The notes beneath the pieces were generated by a model. It did no database searches. It had not been told where the DNA came from and saw only the letters and a program-made list of their open reading frames with translations. Positions 20,804 to 31,405 of a stretch of DNA of 64,000 nucleotides are shown here, in pieces. Position 1 is the stretch's first letter; every line of letters begins with the position of its first letter. This DNA is from Bacilli bacterium. Lineage in GTDB: Bacteria; Bacillota_I; Bacilli_A; RFN20; CAG-826. The stretch covers positions 31,934-95,933 of the forward strand of contig CAAFZT010000048.1 in assembly GCA_900767605.1 (NCBI GenBank), read 5' to 3'. Both the position numbers and the translations under genes were made by a program.

Positions 20804-21565
20804 TTATGCAACCTCGATAAATTGGGTTTCCGGAGCAACTTGACGGAAGGAGTCGGGGACTTTGCCTGAAGTGATGACGGCTTGAACCTTATCAATCCCC
20901 ACGGTTTTGGCCAAGCATTTCTTACCGATTTTCTTTTTATCCACTAAGACGATCGTTTGGTCCGCGTTTTTGATCATCAAGCGTTTTAAGGCCGCTTGAT
21001 CCTTCCGGTGTTCGGAGAAGCCAAACTCCGCATCCGCGCCCGAAGTGGAGAGGAGACACAAAGCCGCGTGGAATTCGGAGACCATGGCTTCGGCATAAGA
21101 ACCCAGGCAGCTATTCGCCGCCGGTTGGATGTCTCCGCCTAATAACGTTACGTGGTGACGGGTCTTGGTCACGAGTTCATTGGCCAAAGCCAAGCCATTC
21201 GTGATGATGATCAGATCGCTAAATTCATTGAGCATCGTCGCCATTTGGAGGCAGGTGGTCGATGAATCCACGAAGATGGCCATGTTGTTTTGAATAAAGG
21301 GGAGGGCTTCTTTGACAAGGGCCCGCTTATCCTGAAGGTTTTCTTTTTCCCTCAAGAAGAAGGAGGTGTCCTCCATGATGGGATTGCTTTTTAAAATCGC
21401 GCCCCCGAACGTACGAGTCACTAGGCCCTTTTGTTCCATTCGGGATAAGTCCCGACGAATCGTAGATTCCGAAACGAAAAGTTTCTGGGACAATTCGTAG
21501 ACCGTGCAGGCCTTGTTTTCTCTGAGGATGGCAAGAATCTGCTCATTCCTTTCCAAATCAAGCAT
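20804..21565 (-). CDS. DeoR/GlpR-family transcriptional regulator
   Basis: The N-terminal HTH is LFVSESTIRRDL, and the C-terminal domain is a DeoR sugar-binding domain. It is 253 aa. Confidence 0.85.
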   Translation of the reverse strand: MLDLERNEQILAILRENKACTVYELSQKLFVSESTIRRDLSRMEQKGLVTRTFGGAILKSNPIMEDTSFFLREKENLQDKRALVKEALPFIQNNMAIFVDSSTTCLQMATMLNEFSDLIIITNGLALANELVTKTRHHVTLLGGDIQPAANSCLGSYAEAMVSEFHAALCLLSTSGADAEFGFSEHRKDQAALKRLMIKNADQTIVLVDKKKIGKKCLAKTVGIDKVQAVITSGKVPDSFRQVAPETQFIEVA

Positions 21566-21644
21566 AAATAAACTCCAAAATCATTCAAAAATAAGCAATG
21601 CAGGACGGAGAAAAGGCCATTTTCATGGCCCTTTCCCCTTATCC

Positions 21645-23438
21645 TTATTTATATAACTGTTTGTAAAGCATGCAGGCGCGATAGTCCGCGGATTCGAGGT
21701 CTTTCGTGCCGAATGCGCTCCAAGCGTGCGGGCGGAAGATCTCCGCGTCGTCCACGTTATGCATGGAGACGGGGATGCGTAGCATCGATGCCAAGGTGAT
21801 TAAATCCTTGCCAACATGGCCGTAGACGAAGGCACAGTGGTTGGCACCCCAGTGGGCCATAACGTCATAAGTGGAATCGAAGGCGTGGCCGTAGTTGTGT
21901 TTTTCGTCGTTCAGGCGCGGGACGAAATAGGTGGACGGCCAGCTGCGGTCGGTGATATCCAAAATCTTTTGATTGGCCTCTTCAGGGAGGACGATCGTCG
22001 AGCCTTCGGCGATTTGCATGTCATATCCCAGTCCATCGATCAAATTGATACGGACCAAGGTGACGGGCATTTCGGCGCAGGTATCCCAGCGGGCGGAGAA
22101 TCCGCCGCCCCGGAAGGAGCCGCGATTGGCCGCTTCCCATTTGGTGGCTTTTAACATCGCATCGATATCTTTGTCGGTAACATTCATCCACGGTTTCCAG
22201 CAATGTTCGCCTTTTTCGTTAATGGACGCGCCGTTGCCGTCTAATGCGGCGGCGCCAGAATTAAGGAGGTGCATGAAGCCGAGTTTTGCAAGGCCTTCAG
22301 CCTCCATCCCCGTGCGTTCCTTGTAGGCTTTCGGCGACCAATAGGTACGGACGTCGGCAAAGATAGAAGCTTCGTGGGTGAGAAGGTTTTCCATAACCAT
22401 GCCAAGGCCATTGCAGTTATCCCCTTCGGTAGCGAGGATCGTTGGGTTTTTCTTGCCGTTCCAATCGAAGGTTCCCGAAAGAATCGATTCGGGGAAGTCG
22501 GCATTGGGGAGCCAGTCCGTCCATTGACGTTGCCCCTGGAATCCGGCAAATAAGGCATTATGGCCAAGGGCTTCTTCCTTGAAACCAATTTCAGCAAGCT
22601 TCGGATTGCCAAGCATCAAATCGCGGATGATAAGTGTCATCTTGATCGTGAATTCCCATTGCTTTTCTTTTTCTTCTTTAGAGAAAGCAGGGGCGAAGGG
22701 CCAAACATCGGGGCGGTTGAAGTCCTCGCCTTCGTGGCATTTTTCTTTGACCCATTTCAAGGCTTTTTCATATTCTTCGTGGTCGTAGATTCCTAAATCC
22801 ATACGGCGGAGGATTTCGACTTCATCCACCCATTCGGCGCGGAGCCCGAAGGTCTTTTGCATGTAGTTCGCGTCGATATAAGAACCTCCGATTCCCATCG
22901 AGACGGTTCCAATGCCTAGATAAGACATTTCTTTGAATTGACCAACGACCAAGGCGGCACGGGCGAAGCGGAGAATCTTTTCTTCGACGTCCGGGGTGAT
23001 GCCATCCTTATCCGCGGTTTGGACATCGTGTCCATAAATCGCGAAGGCCGGGAGCCCGCGCTGGACGTGGGCGGCCATCGCGGCAGCTAAATAAACGGCG
23101 CCGGGACGTTCGGTTCCGTTGAATCCCCAAATGGCTTTGGTCGTGAGGGGGTCGAGGTCCATGGTTTCGGTTCCATAGCACCAGCAGGGGGTGACCGTTA
23201 AGGTCGCCGTGACGTTTTGGGTGTGGAAATAGTCATTGCATTTCGCGCTTTCGGCGGCTCCGCCGATTGTGCAGGGCGAGATGACGACTTCGGCCGGGGT
23301 GCCATCGCCATAGAAGACATTGCTTTCAATGAGCTTCTTCGCGGCTTTGGCCATGGCCATGGTCTGTTCTTCTAGCGATTCGCGAACGCCATAGCAGCGC
23401 CCGTCGATCACAGGACGAATTCCAATACGTGGTTTCAT
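21645..23438 (-). CDS. fucI: L-fucose isomerase
   Basis: It matches E. coli FucI strongly from MKPRIGIRPVIDGR onward. The track ORF carries a spurious 46-aa N-terminal extension. The true ATG at 23438 is preceded by AGGAGAAAAAG. Confidence 0.85.
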   Translation of the reverse strand: MKPRIGIRPVIDGRCYGVRESLEEQTMAMAKAAKKLIESNVFYGDGTPAEVVISPCTIGGAAESAKCNDYFHTQNVTATLTVTPCWCYGTETMDLDPLTTKAIWGFNGTERPGAVYLAAAMAAHVQRGLPAFAIYGHDVQTADKDGITPDVEEKILRFARAALVVGQFKEMSYLGIGTVSMGIGGSYIDANYMQKTFGLRAEWVDEVEILRRMDLGIYDHEEYEKALKWVKEKCHEGEDFNRPDVWPFAPAFSKEEKEKQWEFTIKMTLIIRDLMLGNPKLAEIGFKEEALGHNALFAGFQGQRQWTDWLPNADFPESILSGTFDWNGKKNPTILATEGDNCNGLGMVMENLLTHEASIFADVRTYWSPKAYKERTGMEAEGLAKLGFMHLLNSGAAALDGNGASINEKGEHCWKPWMNVTDKDIDAMLKATKWEAANRGSFRGGGFSARWDTCAEMPVTLVRINLIDGLGYDMQIAEGSTIVLPEEANQKILDITDRSWPSTYFVPRLNDEKHNYGHAFDSTYDVMAHWGANHCAFVYGHVGKDLITLASMLRIPVSMHNVDDAEIFRPHAWSAFGTKDLESADYRACMLYKQLYK

Positions 23439-23747
23439 ACTTTTTCTCCTTTGATGAGCGAATATGTTTGGAACGACACCTTCATTATACGTGCGCGGTT
23501 TCTTCATTAGCACAAGGGGAATTTGGTTGCGTGAATATTTCCAAATGAGCATGAATGCGCGCAAATATATGCTCATTTATGAATAAAATAAGCGATAAAG
23601 TCAAGGAAAAAGCCAGATTCTATGTATGGCTAGAGGGGTGAAAACCTTCTTGCTCATTTACGATAATATCCTGAAAAACGCGCATAACATCGCCAATTTA
23701 GGCGAACAATCCCCAAATTGAACTTATTTTTCTAGTATCATAAAAGC
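23439..23747. promoter_or_regulatory. divergent promoter region (fucI to the left, kinase to the right) carrying four copies of an AAATGAGCA-like motif
   Basis: The motif occurs at 23543-23551 forward and at 23570-23578 and 23651-23659 in reverse complement, with a weaker copy at 23454-23464. Copies 2 and 3 form a 10-bp inverted repeat. Confidence 0.4.
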
Positions 23748-25178
23748 ATGAAAGTTCTTTCGATTGATGTTTCCGCCTCCAACCTTCGCGTCTTGAAGGT
23801 TTGTCATGATGAGGCCGGTTTTCATTATGAAACCATTTACCGCGTTCCTAACGATATGGTCTACGTAGGCGGCCATTATCATTGGGACAATGAAAAAATC
23901 CTAAAGGGAATTCAAGAAGGAATCGTCAAAGCCTGCCAAGAAGATCCAGAAATCCAAAGTGTTGGAATCGATACTTGGGGGGTGGACTACGTTCCCTTGG
24001 ATGAAAACGGAAATCCCCTTGCCATGGCGATGTGCTATCGCGACGAACGTTGCCAAAAAGCGATGGAAGCCTTCCTTCAAGAAACTCCTTATTGGGAGGT
24101 TTACGAGCAAACGGGAATCCAACGTTGCAACTTCAATACGATTTTCCAACTTTACGATGATTTGATTTTGGAAAAGAAAAAAATGGCTTCCTTCCTCTTA
24201 ATGCCGGACTATTTGAGCTATCGCTTAACGGGGGAAAAGAGGAATGAAGTGACCAATTTGTCCACGGGGGCTCTTTATAACCCTTTGACCCACGATTATG
24301 CGGAGGGATGTTTGACTAAGGTTGGCCTAACCAAAGACAAGATGCCCCGTCTCATCCGTCCCGGCGAACGAATCGGAACCCTTCATCTCGAAGGGGCTCC
24401 TGAATTACCAGTTATTGCGGTGTGTAGCCACGACACTGCCTCGGCGATTGCCTCGATGCCCTTGACCCCACGTTCCTTCTATATCTCCAGCGGAACCTGG
24501 AGTTTGCTTGGGGCTGAATTGGATCATCCTTTCATCAATAAGGAAACCTTTGAAAAGGATTTCACCAATGAAATAGGGTATGACGATCACGTCTGCTTCC
24601 TGAAGAACGTCATGGGCTTCTTCATGATCCAAGAACTCCGTCATGAATTTAACGATATTCCTTTCGCCGATATCTTAAAGCAGGCGAATGAATCGAAGGT
24701 CGATGGGCTTTATATCGACGTAGATGATTTGCCCTTTGCCTCTCCACGAAACATGAAAGCCAAAATCTTGGAATATCTAGATAAAACCCACCAAAAGCAT
24801 GGGGACTTAAGTCTTGGAGACCTTGCTCATATCGTCTATGAATCTTTGGCAATCAAGTATGCCTTGCGCATCCAGGACCTCGAAAAACTCGTAGGTTTTG
24901 AAGCGGAATCCCTGGTGGTGACAGGAGGAGGAACCAATATCCCGTCTCTCCTTCAACGGATTGCTGATTTGTCGGGGTTAGTCGTGAAAACCGGAGAAGC
25001 GGAAGCAACGGCTTACGGCAACGCGATGGTTCAATTCCTCGCCTTAAAGGAATTCGCTTCTTTGTCTGAGGCGCGCGAGGCGTTGTTCGCCTCTTCCCAA
25101 CATGATGTCTATTCGCCAAGGGCGATGGATAAAAAGGCCGTATTCGAGGCCTATGCAAAAGCAACGAAAGGAAAATAA
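23748..25178 (+). CDS. FGGY-family sugar kinase (rhamnulokinase / L-fuculokinase-like)
   Basis: It is 476 aa with an FGGY N-terminal fold (GIDTWGVDYV), like rhamnulokinase. Confidence 0.75.
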   Translation: MKVLSIDVSASNLRVLKVCHDEAGFHYETIYRVPNDMVYVGGHYHWDNEKILKGIQEGIVKACQEDPEIQSVGIDTWGVDYVPLDENGNPLAMAMCYRDERCQKAMEAFLQETPYWEVYEQTGIQRCNFNTIFQLYDDLILEKKKMASFLLMPDYLSYRLTGEKRNEVTNLSTGALYNPLTHDYAEGCLTKVGLTKDKMPRLIRPGERIGTLHLEGAPELPVIAVCSHDTASAIASMPLTPRSFYISSGTWSLLGAELDHPFINKETFEKDFTNEIGYDDHVCFLKNVMGFFMIQELRHEFNDIPFADILKQANESKVDGLYIDVDDLPFASPRNMKAKILEYLDKTHQKHGDLSLGDLAHIVYESLAIKYALRIQDLEKLVGFEAESLVVTGGGTNIPSLLQRIADLSGLVVKTGEAEATAYGNAMVQFLALKEFASLSEAREALFASSQHDVYSPRAMDKKAVFEAYAKATKGK

Positions 25179-25182
25179 AAAT

Positions 25183-26004
25183 ATGAAAGTAATGGACGCT
25201 GAATTCGCGCAGCATTTTGTGCGTCTCTGCTCGGAGGGCTATTCCCGCGGATGGCACGAACGCAACGGAGGAAATCTTTCCTACCGCATGACCCAAGCCG
25301 ATGTGGACATGGTCAAAGACCAATTCTTCGAACGGGAAGTCCGTTCCACGGGCTGCCACGTTTCTAAGCTTGGCGGAGAATATTTCTTGGTCAAAGCTAC
25401 CGGTGGCTTCATGGGCAACATGGCCCGGGATCCCGAACACAACATGGGTATCATCCGCTTGGATGAAAAGGGCGAGAATTATTCCATCCTTTGGGGATTC
25501 TCGGGCAACATGCACCCGACCTCGGAGCTCCCCTCCCACTTAATGAATCTCGAAGTCGTCAAAGAACGCACCAACGGAAAATACCGCATTGTTTATCACT
25601 GCCACCCCGCGAATATCATTGCCTTGACCTTCGTCCTTCCCTTGACCGATGAAGCCTTCACCAAGGCCCTTTGGACCTCGATGACCGAATGCCCGATCAT
25701 TTTCCCGGCCGGCGTTGGCGTATTGCCCTGGATGGTTTGCGGCGGAGAAGAAATCGGAACCGCGACCTCCAATTTGATGAAGAAGTACGACATTGCGATT
25801 TGGGCCCATCACGGCATCTTCTGCACCGGTGAAGACTTCGATTCCGTCTTCGGCATGATGGATGCGGTCGAGAAATCCGCGGAAATCGAAGTCAAGGTGC
25901 TTTCGATGGGCGGAGCCCGTCAAACGATGACCGATGAAAACATCTTAGCCCTTGAAAAGCCGTTTGGCATCACGGTCAACCGCGAATTCATCCATACCAA
26001 ATAA
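25183..26004 (+). CDS. class II aldolase (rhamnulose-1-phosphate / fuculose-phosphate aldolase-like)
   Basis: The start was reassigned to MKVMDAEF. WHERNGGNLSYRM and HCHP match RhaD-type aldolases. It is 273 aa. Confidence 0.8.
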   Translation: MKVMDAEFAQHFVRLCSEGYSRGWHERNGGNLSYRMTQADVDMVKDQFFEREVRSTGCHVSKLGGEYFLVKATGGFMGNMARDPEHNMGIIRLDEKGENYSILWGFSGNMHPTSELPSHLMNLEVVKERTNGKYRIVYHCHPANIIALTFVLPLTDEAFTKALWTSMTECPIIFPAGVGVLPWMVCGGEEIGTATSNLMKKYDIAIWAHHGIFCTGEDFDSVFGMMDAVEKSAEIEVKVLSMGGARQTMTDENILALEKPFGITVNREFIHTK

Positions 26005-26023
26005 GAACCATAACAAGTTCAAG

Positions 26024-26048
26024 AAGGCTGGCGCGTCCAGCCTTTTTT
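26024..26048 (+). terminator. Rho-independent terminator
   Basis: aaggctgg-cgcgt-ccagcctt followed by TTTTTTC. Confidence 0.6.
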
Positions 26049-26211
26049 CATGGGGTCTATTCGGTTCCCCTAGGAATATGGGTTATTTTGGCCTTTTTTG
26101 CCGAACAAGCGTTGTTTGATGGGGCTTAGTTTGGTAGACTATGGCCGTGAAAAAGGACGAGTGTTTTGCTTTCATAAGGGGAATGAAACCAAAGACTCCG
26201 TTAAAGGTATT

Positions 26212-27654
26212 ATGAAAAAGAAGAATTTCGTTTTTTGCTTGGCTTTAGCTAGCCTAGCTCTTATCGCTTGTGGAACTGGCAATGAAGGGGGTTCCAGCAA
26301 TACGGACCCTGTCCCAGGAACTAGCACGAGCACGACCGAACCGGCGGATAGCCAAACCTCGACTGGCAGCCAAACTTCCAACAGCAGTCAAATCTCAACG
26401 TCCACGGATGACAAGGCGAAAGTACAAGGTTATCGTCGCGTGAAATCCATCGACGAACTTCAAGACCAAACCAAAGTCATGGTCGCTTCTGATGACGGGG
26501 GAAGCCTCGTGGGCTTCACTTCGACCAATAAGCCTAACAACAAGACGGGCGGAGTTTATTCTTGGTATTTCCTTAGCTGCAATTTGAATGCGGTTAATTC
26601 TAATGGTGACGTCAAAGAAATTGGCAATGCTGCTTTGTTTGATTTAACCAAGAAAGGCAATTCTTATACCTTCTCGGTGGATTCCAAATATTTATCGGGA
26701 TACGTGGATGGCACGCACTATAGCATTGGGCTCATCGATGCGGAAAACGCGACGACCTCCTGGAGCATCACGGTGGGACAAGACGGCAAAGCCCAAGCGA
26801 TTTCCGCTTCAAACGTCTATCTCCAATTCGCTTCCAAATTCGGAACTTGGTGCGGATATAACAAAACATCCAACGTTTATTTCTACGTCCCCTCTCTGAT
26901 TTCGGTGGATCAGTCCCAATCCTCCTCCTCTTCCTCCGCCCCCGATTATGGCGGAACTAACGACGACTCCGGATGGGAAGGAATGGATTTCAATACCTAT
27001 GGGAATACCTTCCGCGGAGAATTAAAGAAGCGCATCAGTGCTTACAAGACCAAAACCGCGACTTATAGCGAATGCCTTTCGATTGGGGCAAAAGCCGCCT
27101 CTTATCCCCAAGGCAGCAACACCTTCGTTCCGATTTATCACGCCGCTCCCGGAACCACTCAAGGCATTTCGGGAAATGGGGCGATGACGACGACGGTTGG
27201 TTCCTGCAACCGCGAACACACCTGGCCGAAAAGCCGTGGAGGCAACCTCTCGGAAAAAGACCCCTTCATGGTTCGTCCTTCTTTAACCTCGGAGAATTCT
27301 TCTCGCGGGAATAATTTCTATGGCACGGGGTCTCGGGAATGGGATCCTGCTTCCTGCGGATATGAGGGAGCTCGAGGAGAAGCGGCCCGCATCATCCTCT
27401 ACACCGCGACCGCCTATATGGGCCAATTGGAATTATCCAACAACCCCAATGATTCCACGGCCAATCATACGATGGGTACTTTAAAGTCCTTATTAGAATG
27501 GAATGCTGCTTATCCGGTTCAGGATATGGAAAAGCAAATCAATAACTACCTTTGCAAATCCGGATACGGCCGCAACCCTTTTGTTGATCACCCAGAATAC
27601 GCGAACTACATCTGGGATAACGCCGGCATTCGCACAAGTGCTTTCAACGCTTAA
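26212..27654 (+). CDS. secreted lipoprotein nuclease (Endonuclease I-family-like)
   Basis: The start was reassigned to MKKKNF (lipobox LIAC). A Ser/Thr-rich linker follows. The C-terminal motifs REHTWPKS and NSSRGNNFYG resemble Endonuclease I. Confidence 0.55.
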   Translation: MKKKNFVFCLALASLALIACGTGNEGGSSNTDPVPGTSTSTTEPADSQTSTGSQTSNSSQISTSTDDKAKVQGYRRVKSIDELQDQTKVMVASDDGGSLVGFTSTNKPNNKTGGVYSWYFLSCNLNAVNSNGDVKEIGNAALFDLTKKGNSYTFSVDSKYLSGYVDGTHYSIGLIDAENATTSWSITVGQDGKAQAISASNVYLQFASKFGTWCGYNKTSNVYFYVPSLISVDQSQSSSSSSAPDYGGTNDDSGWEGMDFNTYGNTFRGELKKRISAYKTKTATYSECLSIGAKAASYPQGSNTFVPIYHAAPGTTQGISGNGAMTTTVGSCNREHTWPKSRGGNLSEKDPFMVRPSLTSENSSRGNNFYGTGSREWDPASCGYEGARGEAARIILYTATAYMGQLELSNNPNDSTANHTMGTLKSLLEWNAAYPVQDMEKQINNYLCKSGYGRNPFVDHPEYANYIWDNAGIRTSAFNA

Positions 27655-27723
27655 TTCCTTCTACCCCTTTGATATTTCGACTAAATGCCCCCATTATTTT
27701 TCTCGTACTTTGGAGGAAGAATT

Positions 27724-28761
27724 ATGAAAGCGATGACCTATATCGAAAAGAACCACTTCGCCTTGCTTGATAAGCCTAAGCCCGAATTAAAGCATCCTCG
27801 CGACGCGATTGTGAAAGTGACCCTGAGTTCGATTTGCACGAGTGATTTGCATATTAAGCACGGCTCGGTTCCTCGGGCGGTCCCCGGCATCACTGTGGGA
27901 CACGAAATGGTGGGGGTTGTCGAATCCATAGGGGAAGAAGTTCATAACGTTCGTCCCGGAGACCGCGTCACCGTTAACGTGGAAACCTTTTGCGGAGAAT
28001 GCTTTTTCTGCCAGCGTGGCTTCGTCAATAACTGCACGGATCCTCATGGCGGCTGGGCACTAGGATGCCGAATCGATGGAGGCCAAACCGAATACGTTCG
28101 CGTCCCTTATGCGGACCAAGGTTTAAATAAAATCCCCGATTCCGTATCGGATGAACGGGCTTTATTCGTGGGTGATATCCTCGCGACCGGATTTTGGTCC
28201 GCGCGGATTTCGGAGATTCGTTCAGAAGACACCGTTCTTATTATCGGGGCAGGCCCCACGGGGATTTGTTCCCTTTTATGCGTCAAACTCAAGAACCCCA
28301 AGCGGATTATCGTCTGTGAAAAAGACCCAAGTCGCATCGAATTTGTGAAAAGGCATTATCCCGATGTTTTGGTATGTCTACCCGAAGAATGCGAAGAATT
28401 CACCAAGTCCCATAGTGAACATGGGGGAGCCGATGTCGTGCTGGAAGTGGCGGGGGCCAAGGACACCTTTGAATTAGCTTGGCGTAGCGCCCGTCCGAAT
28501 GCGATCGTCACGATCGTTGCCCTCTACGATGAGAACCAAGTTCTCCCTTTGCCGAAGATGTATGGGAAGAACCTCATCTTCAAAACGGGCGGAGTGGATG
28601 GATGCGACTGCGCAGAAATCTTGTCCCTTATTGAACAGGGTAAAATCGATACGACCCCTTTAATCACCCATCGATTTCCTTTCAGTCGCATTGAAGAGGC
28701 TTATGACCTGTTTGAAAAACATCAGGACCATGTGATGAAAGTCGCGATTACCGCGGATTGA
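27724..28761 (+). CDS. zinc-dependent alcohol dehydrogenase (MDR family)
   Basis: GHEMVGVV and the structural-zinc CGECFFCQRGFVNNC motif are present. The Rossmann motif is GAGPTG. Confidence 0.8.
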   Translation: MKAMTYIEKNHFALLDKPKPELKHPRDAIVKVTLSSICTSDLHIKHGSVPRAVPGITVGHEMVGVVESIGEEVHNVRPGDRVTVNVETFCGECFFCQRGFVNNCTDPHGGWALGCRIDGGQTEYVRVPYADQGLNKIPDSVSDERALFVGDILATGFWSARISEIRSEDTVLIIGAGPTGICSLLCVKLKNPKRIIVCEKDPSRIEFVKRHYPDVLVCLPEECEEFTKSHSEHGGADVVLEVAGAKDTFELAWRSARPNAIVTIVALYDENQVLPLPKMYGKNLIFKTGGVDGCDCAEILSLIEQGKIDTTPLITHRFPFSRIEEAYDLFEKHQDHVMKVAITAD

Positions 28762-28810
28762 TTTTGCTTTGATCGTTTACGTTATAATAACAAGATAAAC
28801 GGAGATTTTT

Positions 28811-29713
28811 ATGGATATCGTGAAATTAGTGCCGGCGACGAAAGATTATCTTTGGGGCGGGTACCGCTTAAAAGAAGCGGGAAAACCCATCCAAGGGGAT
28901 GTCCTTGCGGAATGCTGGGAACTTTCCTTTCATCCAGATGGCCCTTGCCGCATTGCTTCGGGACCCGAGAAGGGCAAAACATTAAAAGAAGTGGCCACCA
29001 AAGAAGATATCGGAGAACGGGCTTCCCGTTTCCCCTTCTTCCCTGTGCTCATTAAGCTCATTGATTCTGCGGGGAACCTTTCCGTCCAGGTTCATCCTAG
29101 CGATGCTTATGCTTTAAAAAACGAGAATAGCTTTGGCAAAACGGAGATGTGGCATATTCTCCATGCCGAAAAAGGCGCGGGACTATACGTAGGATTAAAG
29201 AAAGAAACGAGCCTAGAAGAAATTCGTGAGGCGGTAAATAACGACACTATTATGTCGTTATTGAATTTCTATGAAGTCCAACCAGGGGAATCTTATTTCA
29301 TTCCCAGTGGAACAATCCATGCGATTGGAAAAGGCGTCACCTTGATTGAGATTCAGCAAAATAGCAACCTCACCTATCGCTTATACGACTATCATCGCCT
29401 AGGCAAAGACGGCAAACCCCGCCAGTTGCATCTAGAAAAAGCCTTGAAGGTCATCGATACCCATCCCTATCATCCCTTATCCTTCCCTTCCCCCGTTATT
29501 GGAGAGTGCGAATATTTTGTCTCGGAACGCGTTTCGGATTTATCGATTCATCCAGAACCGGGCTCCTTTATCTCTGTGACCTTTGTCGAAGGCAAAGGGA
29601 AACTCAATGGGATTCCCTTTACTACCCTAGATACCTTCTTCCTTCCGGCTGGAAAAGAAGCAACGATTGAAGCGGATGAACCCGTGACCTACATTAAAAC
29701 CTTTGTTCGTTAA
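28811..29713 (+). CDS. manA: mannose-6-phosphate isomerase, class I (Bacillus-type)
   Basis: It is 300 aa with a cupin fold and motifs QVHP and the ELW context, typical of short type I PMI. Confidence 0.75.
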   Translation: MDIVKLVPATKDYLWGGYRLKEAGKPIQGDVLAECWELSFHPDGPCRIASGPEKGKTLKEVATKEDIGERASRFPFFPVLIKLIDSAGNLSVQVHPSDAYALKNENSFGKTEMWHILHAEKGAGLYVGLKKETSLEEIREAVNNDTIMSLLNFYEVQPGESYFIPSGTIHAIGKGVTLIEIQQNSNLTYRLYDYHRLGKDGKPRQLHLEKALKVIDTHPYHPLSFPSPVIGECEYFVSERVSDLSIHPEPGSFISVTFVEGKGKLNGIPFTTLDTFFLPAGKEATIEADEPVTYIKTFVR

Positions 29714-29813
29714 GTGATACCCCTTATAGGCATATTTTGAAAATAGGAGGACGTGATAAAGCCTTTCTATTTTATTTTTTTCACTAAATGTGGATAAAAA
29801 TGAAATAGAGCGA

Positions 29814-31118
29814 TTATCGTTCCAAACTATGGGGATCGGTCAAGAAATCCAAAAGACCCATGTAAAAGATTCCGTGTTCGTCATAATGGGGAACGATATA
29901 GTCATAGACGATGACCATCTTTTTAAAGGAGTCGCCGATGCTAAGAAGGGGTTTCGTTTCCTGGGCTAACTTTTCAGAATCGGGGATTTGGTAGGCGGAT
30001 TGAATGTAATACCGTTTGCTGCCTTCGTTTGCGACAAAATCCACTTCCAGAAAACTTTGTACTTGTTTGGATATTCCGCTTGCGTCCCTCATGGTTTTTC
30101 GGATTTCGACCTGCCCCACATCCACAGAATATCCGCGGTACCTTAATTCGTTATAGATAAGGTTTTCCATGATATGCGTTCGTTTCGTTTGGCGAAAATC
30201 AATCCGTGCGTTCCGAACTCCTAAATCCTCGAAATAGATTTTATAGGGCGTGGAAATGTAACTTTTCCCTTTCACGTTGTACCGGGATGCGACATCGATG
30301 AGGAATGCGTCCTCAAAATAATGAATGTAGTTTGCAATTGTTTGTTCGGACAAACTCAAGTTTCTGCTCTTAAAAGCAGCGGATAGCTTTTTGGGGTTAA
30401 CGAGTCCCGCGATCCCTGATGCCAAGATATTGAATAACGTATCCAATTCGACGGTATTGCGAATTTGATAACGATCGATGATATCCGTTAAATAGGTTTC
30501 ATCAATTTGAGTTTTGATGTATTTGATTTTGTCTTTGTCGTTGGAAGAAGTGACTGCCGAAGGAAGACCGCCGAAGTTCATATATTTTTCCAAGGCGATT
30601 TGTTTGTTCTCGTCGTAATAAGACCAACACTCGGAAAACGACAAAGGGAGGACGTGGATTTTATCTCCTCGACCCCGAAATTCCGTGACGATATCTTTGA
30701 CTAAGAATTTGGCATTGCTTCCCGTGACATAAACATCGAACTTGCCTTCTGATAAAAAACCATTTAGCACCCATTCGAACCCATCCATTTCTTGAACTTC
30801 GTCTAAAAGAAGGTAATAAGAGCCTTCTTCTTTGCATTGATCGTGAATAAAATCAACGAATTTGGACGGATCCACTTTTTTGCGGCTTTTCTTCAGTTCG
30901 TAGTAATGTTCTCCGATGCGTTTTAGATCGATGGCTGAACTGAAGTCAAACCGAATGATTTTCCGGTCGTCCACTCCTTGGGCTAGAAGGTATTGATAAA
31001 AGAGATGGTTCAGCAAATAGGATTTTCCTACCCTTCGCATGCCAGTGATGACCTTAATCATCCCATTGTCCATCCGATCAATCAGCTGCTGCAAATACGC
31101 GTCTCTTTTAATTTCCAT
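29814..31118 (-). CDS. AAA-family ATPase (AAA_14 / DUF4143 architecture)
   Basis: The P-loop GMRRVGKS is present and the length is 434 aa. The gene is AT-richer than its flanks. Confidence 0.7.
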   Translation of the reverse strand: MEIKRDAYLQQLIDRMDNGMIKVITGMRRVGKSYLLNHLFYQYLLAQGVDDRKIIRFDFSSAIDLKRIGEHYYELKKSRKKVDPSKFVDFIHDQCKEEGSYYLLLDEVQEMDGFEWVLNGFLSEGKFDVYVTGSNAKFLVKDIVTEFRGRGDKIHVLPLSFSECWSYYDENKQIALEKYMNFGGLPSAVTSSNDKDKIKYIKTQIDETYLTDIIDRYQIRNTVELDTLFNILASGIAGLVNPKKLSAAFKSRNLSLSEQTIANYIHYFEDAFLIDVASRYNVKGKSYISTPYKIYFEDLGVRNARIDFRQTKRTHIMENLIYNELRYRGYSVDVGQVEIRKTMRDASGISKQVQSFLEVDFVANEGSKRYYIQSAYQIPDSEKLAQETKPLLSIGDSFKKMVIVYDYIVPHYDEHGIFYMGLLDFLTDPHSLER

Positions 31119-31405
31119 TGTTTGAATCCCTCCCCATTATTCTATTCTATTATTTTTTAAAAATAGAGAAAAAAATTAAATAGACGTTGATTGTCGTGGT
31201 TCTATCACTCGAAATATGAGCCCTGAGAAGCATGCTTTCCCAATGGAAATGGAAACGAAACAATGGCTTAGATTGCAGTTGCATATTTTTACTTTTGCAA
31301 TTAAACGGATAAATATAAAAGTGCGGTAATTTCTACTTTTTAAGGATATTTGTATATGAAGAAGTTGCGAATTTTTACTTTAGAAAAACGCACATAAAAA
31401 AATCG

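Noticed and set aside
21816-22796. Antisense and alternative-frame ORFs within fucI
   Set aside because: They fall inside a gene with a near-complete match to known L-fucose isomerase.
23439-23576. The 46-codon N-terminal extension of the fucI ORF
   Set aside because: The extension has no homology. The internal ATG has a strong ribosome-binding site and matches the conserved FucI N-terminus.
24853-25539. A 228-aa minus-strand ORF overlapping the kinase/aldolase junction
   Set aside because: It is Arg/Pro-rich and low-complexity, and it is antisense to two supported genes.
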